Shown one piece after another: positions 13,401-25,400 of a DNA stretch of 64,000 bases; the first letter of the stretch is position 1, and every line of letters starts with the position of its first letter. A program made the position numbers and the translations under genes. The DNA lies in the NCBI GenBank assembly GCA_002633005.1, contig NMRA01000171.1:540669-604668 (forward strand), in the 5' to 3' direction. The notes under the pieces are model-generated. The model did not search any database and was not told the origin of the DNA. It was given only the letters and a program-made list of their open reading frames with translations. Source of the DNA: Phoronis australis (taxonomy: Eukaryota; Animalia; Phoronida).

Positions 13401-16400
13401 GGTGGAGGTGAAAGGTTAACAGGAAGTAAAGTACAACTAACACATTTTTGTAACTTGTGATTACTTGTTTACATTGTACGTTGAATAATATACATCCTGG
13501 GTCTACTGACCAATCCACCATTAACAGCACGCCTTACAATATGTTTATACTCAGTGCACCGATGCACTAACTCATGTGCAGACTAAAAAACACAGCTCTG
13601 CAACTCCCAAACACGGCACCAAATTAAAAAAAAACATATTTTCAAGTGTGCAGAATCCATTTAATTTCAACTCCTTCATTCCAACACATCACATTCTCTT
13701 ATGAAATGCATAATATTAACAAAATACCACTATATAACAAAGTGTTGAAGTGACAAAACAGGCAAACTGAGTCAAGGGTAAAATGTGTGCAGGCATACCT
13801 TCCAATCTGAGCCTTGAACTCTTTGCTCTGTTCTGTCCAACGCTCTTTCTCTCCACCCAGACCATTAATCAATGTAGACGCAGAGTCCATCTTCCTGCGG
13901 CATGTGTTGGCATCGTCGATCAAGGTCTGTGAACAAAATATTACAGATCACAAAACTGTTATTGTGCGACTAATGACAATCATGTCTCATAACAATTAAT
14001 TCTCCTAGCTGTCTCTCCCAGACCTAATTTGGTCCCTCGCTGCCATGTTCAATAACAAAACTGCTATTATCATAAATATTCCCGAGTCCCCACATTTCTC
14101 ATAAGTAATTGTGACTCATCCTTCAGTACAACTTCGTTCCTAACACAACTGCCATAAACAGGGCTCGATATAACGAGCTGCAGGTTGCATTTGCTCCCTA
14201 AAATTTGACAATGCAAGCTGAGATTTCTGTCAGCTCGTATCAAGTCGCAAAATGCAACCTAACTTCCAACATATGCAGCAGGTACCTCGGCAACTCATGT
14301 GAATCCGACCGTTACTTGGTTGTTGTCAAATCAAGTTTAAAAGAAAACTAACCGAGAACTGCTCTCCCGATGACTTGTAAGCATGTCGCGTGAACATGGG
14401 ATAAGCAGAATCGATTTTTGACGTAATTCATTGGCTACCATTTTCGAATACTTTTGCAAATTTCCTGATGCGCCAAAGAATGTTTCGGACAGCGACATAA
14501 CACGTGATAAAACGTCTCAAAATAGTGGTGTTTCTACTAATTCTTAAACAATGACCATAACAAACTTCATGGAGAATTTTTTTTATTTTTCACGTACGAT
14601 GTCCTTATTGTCAAATACCCACATCATTATCCTTGATATCACACTGTAGCACTGGTCGGTCCTGTAGTTAGCGTGCAAGAGGTCCGACAAATGATCGTGA
14701 TTTGGAAATGTGCCTCTCGTTTTTTTATCGCAAATGACAGTAAACATCAAAACGACAACCCTATTAATCGCCAAATGATGGTCACGTTTGTGAGTCGCCA
14801 AGAAATTCTCAAACCCTTACTTGATTCTGGTCTACGTCTACGACATATCAGTCGTCTGTCACATGTTGTTGCCAACGTAAAGTGTAGGACTACTCCAGCC
14901 ACTGAAGTGCGTGAAGTCCTACATTTTTGTTTTGAAATTTGCACTGAAATGTTTTCATGAATCGTAATACGTCATTCGGCTAGGGCAACGTTTCACGGAC
15001 GTCGAATTAAGATGTGAAGTTTAGACCTTGAACAAAAAATGAGGGGGAGTTTGCACTAAGAGTTTGGATATTTAACAACTTTGATGACAGTCATATAGCA
15101 GGTTAGACTTAGCAAAATCGCGGATGCCTCTTCAACGAGTATTTTCTCCCTTTTTACATAACAAACTTAGCTACTCGGATGCATGTTTTGGTTAGAGAGT
15201 ACAGATTCAACTTTCACGTCAGCACTTGGCCTTGCCCTCTAGAGCGATCATGAAGAACAGTAATGCCGTATGTATTTCAATTTTGCTATCCTGAAACTTG
15301 TGTTTTACGCCACAGGTAAGAGCACAATCTAAGCATTTTCTCAGTGATCTAAAAATTCAATTTTGGCGCGTTAAAATGGCGGGAAAATATTGCGACCTGG
15401 CATTTATGAATGCGAGCTGGATTTTGAAAACGCGACCTGGGCTGTTGGTAAGGTCGCAGATTGGGGCCTGGCGATTTTCATAGCCTCGAGCTCTGATAAA
15501 GACTACTATGTGCTTCTATCTGCAACAACTGTTTGTCACTCACATTCTTAGTCCACACATAACAGTCACAAAGAGTCCTATGTATCCCTTAACTCCACAA
15601 CTGTTCGTCTCTCACTATCCCGTAGCCTGTGTACAGTACACGCCAAAAGCAATTGGACAAAATAATCCAGGATTTTCTGTCACGATGGCTGAGTGTAAAT
15701 GGAATCAAAATCAGAGAAGCTAGAACACGAAGGGGAAACAATATTTTGTCTCATTATTTTTGGCATGTACTGTACATGGGCTGTGCAGCAGGACAGTGAG
15801 AGACAAACAGTTGCAGGAGCAGAGAACAAATACACCAACAGACTCCCATACAATCCTTCCATCCATACCTGTTTGTCTCTCATCGCCTTGTCATACAGGG
15901 CCTGCACTTCGTCCAACTCTTTCTGCTTGGCATCCAGTTTGGCCTGTGCTTCATTCAAGTCCTTCATAGCAGCTGCCAGGCGAGCTTCTTGGACAACAAG
16001 GTTGGCCTATGCAAATTTTTATAATAAATTAATTCGTTTTCAGAATTTTTTTAAAAAACACAAAACATTTGATAACATTTAGTTATAACATCAGGTGAGA
16101 GTTCATGGACAGTAAAATGCAATCCAAATTAAACCACTACCCATCACAAATTCAAGTTTTAATCATTGAACCACAATGCCATTCCTTTGCTAAACCTTGA
16201 CACCAACCTCAACACATGGACACATACCTTGAGAGGCAGCACCTCCTTATTGATTCCAAAGAAGACAGCCATAGCAGTGGTCCAGGAGCAGAGACCGGCC
16301 ACATTTCCACAGACTTTCTTGGCCGTTTCTAGGTTGTAGTCCTCCATCTCCAGGTAGGGAGCCAGCAGCTCCACGGTCTCATCCGTAATGGAGTCCTTGG

Positions 16401-19400
16401 GGAACGCCACCAGACTGTTGAGGAAGCCTGAAGCACCCATAAGCTAGAAGAAGAATGAGAATGTGTAAGTCTCACAGTAAGACTGCTGCTTCCAGTGGGA
16501 TGATATTCTCATACACATCACACATGGCGTTTTACGGACATGTTGGTCAATTGGAAAAACAACCCTTGAGACAATTCAAATGTGTTCGTTCCTTGTGACA
16601 AGTGGCACTTGACACATGGAATAACAAATTTTATTGACATCAGTCAGAAGTTAAGTTCAACATTCTTTAAATTGCACTTCACTTCTAAACAATGTCGAAA
16701 GCCCAGTTCTGAAGAACACCATCTATCCAATTGAATTAGTTTCATTTTGTTTTACATCCCCACAAAAATTGTGTTCCAATGGAGAATAGACACAATTAGC
16801 TATTGCTTCAATTATTAAATCAAGATCAACAGACTCACCTTCAGAGATTCTCCCCACGATGGTTTGATACATTCCCTTTCTGGATCCTTTTGCACAGTAT
16901 CCAACCTCCTCTGGAACAGGATCAGAACACAGTCCATGATCCTCATGATCAAATGAGGTGGTTTGCCTAGCTTCCTCACAGTAGCAATATCTGCTGGTTT
17001 AATGGTGTTGAGAGCATTCTCCGCTTCTTCCAGAGCTGGCTTGGCTTTCTCCAGCTTGCCTTCAGCCACTGCTTTGTCAGCTTCAATGGAGTCTACAATG
17101 GCTTGAGCCTTGTCTTTCACTTTTTGTACCTGGCATAACAGACACAGTGTTAACTTCTTATGCTATAAGCTACATCTGATTCAATAACATAGCATAAAAA
17201 CGAAATTGCTGTATAGAAAATCTTCAAGTCAAGAACTTGCACTTATAAAAAAAGAAATTTGTCACTTATTGCAAGCCACTCAAACACAAATTAAAAGAAG
17301 TAATTTGTGACAAAAATGTTTTGAGTGTGAAATGTTGTCGTTTCTATAGCAGCATATTCAAGTGAATCTACAGGGACTCCACGGCTTATAAAACAGCATG
17401 TGTGGAGGCCACTCACATTTACTCTCCGTCCAAAGTGTCACGACCTAAACTTCAAAATGTCCACTCAACCAACCATTAATAAAATCACCAAATCAACATG
17501 ACGACCTATTTGCCATGGCCACTACAGTTGCCATCTTGTCAGCCTACCTGGTTCTTGACCTTCTCTGCTGCCTGTGCCTTGGTGGTCACTTCCTTCAGCA
17601 CCTCCTCTGCCTTAGCAGAAGCCACAGCCAGTTCCTTCTCTTTCACTGCCAGCTCCTTACTCAGCTCTGATACAGCCACCTGGGCCTCCATTAATTTGTC
17701 CAGACCTGAATAACAAACAGCCAAGGTTACAGTAATAGAGCAGTTGAACCTGAGTAAAGTGGAAGGAATTGCATCACTCAGAAGGCTATTGTCATTTAAA
17801 CACTCAAACGGGTAATAAATGAAGGTGATGAAAGTTTTACAGATGGGTCAAATAGATAACTTTATGCGACAGTTATGTGGGAAAATACATTATAATCTCC
17901 ATACATTCTAGGCGTACCAGCTGTTTGTCAGGGTTACAGCACTTACTTGCTTTGATTAACACGCCAGACAAATTAATATCTTTTCATATTTTGTACTTGC
18001 AACATATTCCATTCAATTAATAAGTAAAAATGAACTTAATAGGCATTGTCATCCAAATTCTTGTTTTATTGACTTTCCACGAATGTTCTCCCCAGAATTT
18101 AATCTGTTTACAAACCTGTGTTCATTCTCTCAGCCAGTTGTCCGATTTCGTCAGTTTTCTTTGAGTAGATGGACATGTAGCCGGTAATAAAGGAGAGATA
18201 TGACTTGGGTGTCACATGTGTTGATCGGCGGTACCTAGGAAAAACACATATTTAAGGTGACTTCATGAAGGTCCTTAGATCAATGACAATGCACGTGAAT
18301 ACAACTCTCATGAAGGACTGTGTAATGAAATCTATTTTTAGAAAGAAAGTGAAAAAATGGGCTGAGTGTCGAGTATTTTGACATTGTACATGCCAAAACT
18401 AAGCAGGACAAACTGGCCAGGAATATCCCTTCATGACGTCAAACAACCAGCAAAATTCACTCTCCTAGCAGCTTCCTGTCGTCATTGCGAATGGCAGAGA
18501 ATTTGCCAAAAAAACTTAAAAGGTGAAAAGTTAACATAATTAGGAGTTTGCCTAAATGATGAGTTACTGCTGGTCATTTTTGATGTAAAAGGAATTAGAC
18601 CCTATGATGGTGAAACGGATTTTTGCCCTTACTTTTCCCATATACTGAACATTATTTTACTACTTGTTTTATTAATCAAAATAAATTCATTGCAAATACA
18701 AGCCATAAATTGTTGACGATCCCCATATCCTCAAAATGTCTGGAAATGACTATCACCATGGTAATATTCTAATAACAGATTCTGAATGGCTTAGCCATCT
18801 CACTAACTTTCCTTTCATTTTCAGGCAAGAGAGAAAGCTACTCTGATGATGAATTTGGCTTCTGCTCAGCCATTATGACAGGGAATTCTGGGTAATTTAG
18901 GTTGAATACTTTTGGCATGTACTGTAGATTGTAGTAAATTGACCAGTCATGCAGTGACTATCTCACCTGATGAAGTACTCCACACAGTTCTCAGCCACAC
19001 CATCATGGAACACACCCATTGCCTGCACCACCTGTTTCTTCACTTCTCCTGTACACTGGATGTCAAATGTTGACAGGAAGTGGTCGGCCACTGCAATCAG
19101 CGCATCCTTTGGCCAACGTTGGAACCAGTCCATGGTGCAGCCAGATATCAGACCAGGGAACTTGAGGGCGCGACTGCGGAATTTCTCACCAACCTGCGGT
19201 TAAGAAGAGCACCAGTTAGAACATTACAGATTTAAAACAATAGCATAGTGAATAGTGACAGTCTGCCTGTAACCAGATGTGAAAAAAAATCCTGCTGAGG
19301 TCAAATGGAGGCTTATAAATTACTTAAAAATTCAAATTAACACCTGACCCAGCGTATACTCAATTTAAGTCATGACATCTTTTTCCTTAAAAAGTGCAGT

Positions 19401-22400
19401 CACATAGGGTCCATGATTTCGAAAATAGTGGGAATATTTGGTTATTAAATAATAAATATTTATTTAGTGGTGTCCATTGTAAATACATTTCACATAAATG
19501 TCACGATTGAAAATAAAATTCATCTGTTTTCTGACAAAGTTCAATACTTATAAAAATTGAAGAGACCATTTGAAATAAAAATACAGATTTACTACCATAG
19601 CTGTAAGGATGTAAGTCAATAAAACTTCGCCTTAAACTTACTGGAGAGAAGCAAAGAACCACATGTAGGTTGGCTCTTGTACGAGACAGGAAGTAATCAT
19701 ACAGATTCTCCTGACTAGGTGGTCGTCGTGGATACTCCTTCTTCATTATGGGTATCAACTCATTGGTGATCTCATCCATTTCATCACGAGCAAACAGATT
19801 GGACACCTAGCAATGTACAACCAAGAATGAAGTCAAACATGATCGAAACCGATTACATAATGGACAAGACATATTGGTAAACAAAACTGAAATGCTGTTG
19901 TTGTATTTCATTTTGATGTTGAAAATTACACTTTTAATATGATAACAAGTACGATTGTCTAACTGTCCCATAACAAGTAAATGACAACACAAGCAACATA
20001 AACCAACCTCAGATGAAGAGGATTCAATAAAATCTGTCAAAACTCAATCATTAGTGCTCTGATCAACATAGTGATTGATGGCAAAAAAAATCAAAACAAC
20101 AATAAACTATTCAGCACTAATTTGAGTTTGCATGACAGTAGAGAGTATGGTATTCTAGCCAACACGAACACACATTGCTTTATAGTTTTATGAAGAACAT
20201 TCATGCAGGTTGCTAGAAAGGCAGGCAAACCAAGAGTATTAAAAGCACAAGATGGTTACGTACCACACCAGAGGACAGGACATTGTTGAGATACTCCAAG
20301 AAACCCTCCTCTTTGATCTCCTGGTCTGTGAAGATGAAGGTAATACCTTTACCCTGTTGTCCAGCAGTGCGATAGAGAGTCTTCAGGTCCTCCATTAAGT
20401 TGGACGTGTTGTATGACCTATAGCAACAGAAAAGGTTAAACATAGACCAAGACCATTGAACGTAGACCAAGACCATTGAATGTAGACCAAGACCATTATC
20501 AAATGGTTAACACAGGGTCACTACGGTGCACCATCATAGTCATATACTTTCAAGAGCAGCAGTTTTCATGAAAGACTAAAATAACGCTTTCTTCCTAGAG
20601 GAAAAACCTTGAGGAGTGTTCAAAATAACTTTGTAATTTAATTATAAGACATTAGCAATTGGTAAATATTAATAAATATTCACCATTTTTTATGTTCAAT
20701 TTTTCTACAAAATCCTTTGGATTTGACTAGGGGACACTTTTTTGGTTTGGCTCAGACAGCTGTATCAAACTATGGATTAATAAGAATACACTCTGACAGG
20801 TTTTTTAGTTAATCACTAAGATTGAAATTTTGATAACACTTTGATATTTTATGAGTGATCTTATAAAAATTGTTTTAATCCTACATTAAAACATGGAAAA
20901 AATTGGGTGATTAATGTTAACATGTGCGCAAAGTTTATCAGAGCAGTTTTATTTGACCTAATGACCTAAAGCAGATTTATTTGACCTACTGACCTTGTCA
21001 ACGTAATCTGGTAAGTCTTGTAGCCTGCGATGAACGAGGCCAACTTAGTCAGAGACTGTTTGCCTGATCCTCCGACACCGACGAGGAGAGCGTTACCCCT
21101 GGCTGTGCGAATGATGCGCGAGATTTTCACCAGATGAAGCATGGCATCCTTGAAGAACACCAAGTCCATTTTGCCTCCGCGTACCATCTCATTGTACTGA
21201 CCCATGAACATTCGGAGTCGCTCTTCAAGGTGCTCAAAAGATGGGATCTACAATATAATTATTGAAGATTAGTTTCATGAGAATGCCAAACGCACCATGC
21301 TTTTAAAACATTTAAGAAATAAAAATAGTGCAGACACGCACAAGCTGCTCAGCCAGGCCCCATAGCACCTGAAACCATTTTCTTATCTATCAACTATATA
21401 TGTGACACATAAACAGACTGAGCTGAGAAACAAGAGACCCGACTCAATGGTCTAGTGGTGAGGTCCAGTGGGACTTGAGTCCATGACCTTGAGATCAGTA
21501 GGTGGACACTTAACTCACTAGGCCACACTGCATCCTTTAAAACACTTTGTTTTAGAACGAGTCAATGTCACACTGCACAAATGGTAGGATCAACAAGTAA
21601 ACAATTAATTAAATGAGAATGCATTGCTTTCTTAGAGTTTCAGGACTATTCCTTGTTAAGAAGAAAGAAGATGTCATTCTGCAAAAGTGCCACCAGAATT
21701 GTGAATAAAAGCCAACTTCAAACAGAACATTGATAACTTTACATTGAAAATGGTTTTCATCAACAAACAGAAACACCATAAATACAGCAAATAAGTTTGA
21801 AGTCTCATCAAAATAACACATAATGTATCTAACTCAAACAGGGAGTACACCACCCTGCATCACCACAGACTATACTAACTACGAATAAACCATTTTTAAA
21901 ATGCCCATTCAAAATAAAAGCTGCCAGACATTACATTCTACCATTCATGTACAAGTTGATTACTGAGGCCATTAACTCACAGGTTCATAGATCTTTGGCA
22001 TGTCAAAGTCTGCATCCTCTGGTTCATCTCCAGTAGCTTCAGGTGCATCCCTGTTAAACAGCAAGGGTCAAAGGCTCATAGAGCAAGGTCAAAAGAGGAA
22101 AGGTCAAAAGAGGAAAGGTTATAGAACTGCCTTAGGTTAATACATTTGTAGAAAGAAGCTTCAAACATTAAGCTCAAAACTGCATTTATAAGAATCAAGA
22201 AACCAATTCATGATCAATTACTAAAAAATCATTCACAAATAGCAAAAATAACAAGACTTAACTTTTAAATATACTGAGTTGTAATTACAATACTGCAATG
22301 CTTCGAATGTAGTAACTGTTAGAAGTGTTGTAAAAAGTAAATTACAATTACAATTGACTTGCATCAAGAACAACTAAATTAAAGGAAAATTGTTATTATA

Positions 22401-25400
22401 ATAACCAAATTTGCTATAAGTTAGTAAATGAGAATGTTTTTGGACAGAATTTCTGTGAGCTACATCTCACAATATTAGAGTTAACTATGAATGTAAGTTT
22501 ATCACTTTGAAATGAAACAAACAATAGGGCTGAGTTCCGTAGATGCAAGAATTTCATGAAGGAAGCTAATGTGATCACGTGTTTGGGTTGTTAATAAAGG
22601 CAATATCTCGCAAAGTCTTGTATGATCATGCACTTTAGCCATGTTCTCGCGTCTACGGAAAGCACGCCTCGGAAACACTTTTAACTCTTTGTCACGCATA
22701 CAATGTGTTCACACAATCTAGCCACTGCACACTATGTTGCATTGTATTTATTGTATTGTATCGTATTCCATTGTATTAGCAGCATTGATTTCATTGCATA
22801 GTATTGCACCATTATATTGCTCAGCAATGTATTATAGTATGTTGCTCGACTGCATTGTAGTTAGGCCAAAACAATTTTGACAAACAGCTTCTACTGAATG
22901 TTGACAAAAATCAATAAATTTCAGTATTTAATGCTCAACTTCCACTCAGCATGCATTTTTTAACCCAAATCCATTCACAAACCAAGCAATGTGCATTTTG
23001 AACAAAATTTCAACTCTTTTATACTGAGTTCAAACAGGGTGCAAAAACTACAAATACAGAAAAAAAAACTCTTTAACAAGAACATTGTATACTAACTCTA
23101 ATTCCAAATCAGGATCGTAGTCTCTAATAAATTCAAGAGAATCTGAGTTATTATGGTCTAGTGTTAGACTGCTGCCATTGAGTTGTCCTACAGAGCACAA
23201 AAAATCTGTGAAAAGCCACCAATCGTACTGCCAATAAAACAGCGGATGGAAGAAGGACAGTCCTGACACAGGAGCATAACACAACATGTGCCAATAAGAC
23301 CAGTCATGATCATCATTTAATTAAAGTATAAAAAACGTAAACTTTTGGAAAGGAAAGGTTGAGGCATGCTGTTAGTGTACACTTTGTTATTATGAAAAAG
23401 ACGACATAAAAAGAAATGATTTTATTAACCCTTTATTTCTGTAACCCAAGAACTAGATTGTTATAATTCTTTGACAGGCGCATTCGGACATTTTCATAAA
23501 TACCAAAAAATCAAATATCAACATTTTTGTAAATTTTCCGGGGTCAGAAAGGTGTATAACGATGTCTTGTAAACCCTGTTCAAGAAAACGGTCAGAAAAT
23601 GTCAATGGTGCTGATCATGGTTTCAAAAGTTAATTTCTTCAAGTATTTCATGGCAATCCCATATGACATTGTTTAAAATAGAACGTACAAGGATGTAGAA
23701 TGACAACGCAGAACTTTAGGACAAAATGTACATAAGATGGAAACCAGTTTTATTCGCAGCACGTCAAGTAGAGCTTAACGAAATGTAAGTTATTCATAAA
23801 AATAGTGTTATATTACGATGGGCATGTTACCAAAGAGAGGAAGTTACCAAAGAAATACACATCTGATCTATTAAACACTGACAACAGCATAATGGCGAAT
23901 GAAAATAACTGATAAGTACCAGTAATTAATGTTTAAAATAAATTTGACATTTCACAAACCAAAAAACATCATTTTTCATGCGGACATCTAGGAAAAATCA
24001 AAAAACAGGAGATCAACCAATAATAGTTAAAACAATAAAAAAACAACTTTCATCCATAAATGACCCGACAATGGGATGCTTTGGTGAAAAGCTCAAATAT
24101 CGATTTGGGCTGGGTTGCATAAAACTTCACAATAATCCACTGGATAAGTTTGACTGTTGCATGATGTCAGGTGCATTGTTCAACAATAACAACATGGCGC
24201 GTGATAATGCGACATCATTGTTGCTATGCAGCATATAACTTTCATGCAACTGGGCCCTGAAGATTTAAATATCCTTTAATACAGAAGATATTTGGCATTC
24301 GTGTATTTTTTATTATAATACCTCATAAAATCTTGGAACCACATTGAGGGTACGACCTCTTCACTGAGAGCCTCCCCGAACTCTTCTGCGATTACGCGTA
24401 CGATGGTTTTTTCCATCCATTTTGTGTCATCATTGTTGGTGAACCTGAGTCGGTAGGGTCAGTTAAGAAACACAACACACACACAGAGGGTGAGACACAC
24501 ACATGAAAAACATCCTCAGCACACCTACAAGATGGTTCAAATATTTAAAACCCATTTTGCTAACAGTGATCTCAAATTGAAACAAAGGTTGGCATGTGGC
24601 GATATGAACTGCCGGAAACTGAAAATTTAATTGTAAAACACATCTGGGTGTCATTATTGTCTCCCCTCATGACCGAGACTCAAGGGGAATTAACAGGAGA
24701 GTTAGTAAGGAGGCTAAGCATTTCAACAATTAGAATTTTCCCCACATTATAGCTGTTTCAGACATTTTTCCTGATAAAATATTAGCTGTCATGACTGCGA
24801 AATGGTAGTTTGTCTGAATACTTTTGCCTCATACTGTATTGATACAAAATGCACTTCAGAATAAAATGTTTTTCAGTCGCCATCTACCAGGATTACATAA
24901 AGCATGTTTGATAGTAACACAAATGTTTTCAATTGCTAACTAAATGAACACTTGAATTCCTGCAAAACGGTGAGCTGAAGATGTTCTTGCAAATGGGTGC
25001 CTCTGTTAGTCAAATCAGGCATTAAATGGTGAAGGGAATTGTGTTCCCATGACAACTATGCATGCGCTGTCACAGAGAACATGTTACAAAGCACTGTAAA
25101 ACAAAAAGCCTTCACGCGAGAGCCAGCACGGCACTGCTATGTTGTTTTACCTCAGGAAATCGACATAATAGTCGGTTTGCTCGGAAGCGGACAAGTATGA
25201 TTCGCCAAAATCCTCACCCACAACACGGGACAAGGTTTTCACGAACCAATTAAAATCCTCTGGACCTGTAAACCTAGATTACAAGGTAGGCTTCGAAAGT
25301 TAAACAATGGCCAATGCAGACTGTACTTTTCATAAGAAGACAAAGAAAAGGATAAACAAATTTTACATTTAAACCAACAAACTTTAATGGAAAATTTACA

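Noticed and set aside
21400-21530. Functional tRNA gene
   Set aside because: A/B boxes are degenerate and I could not form an acceptor or anticodon stem; called a SINE head instead.
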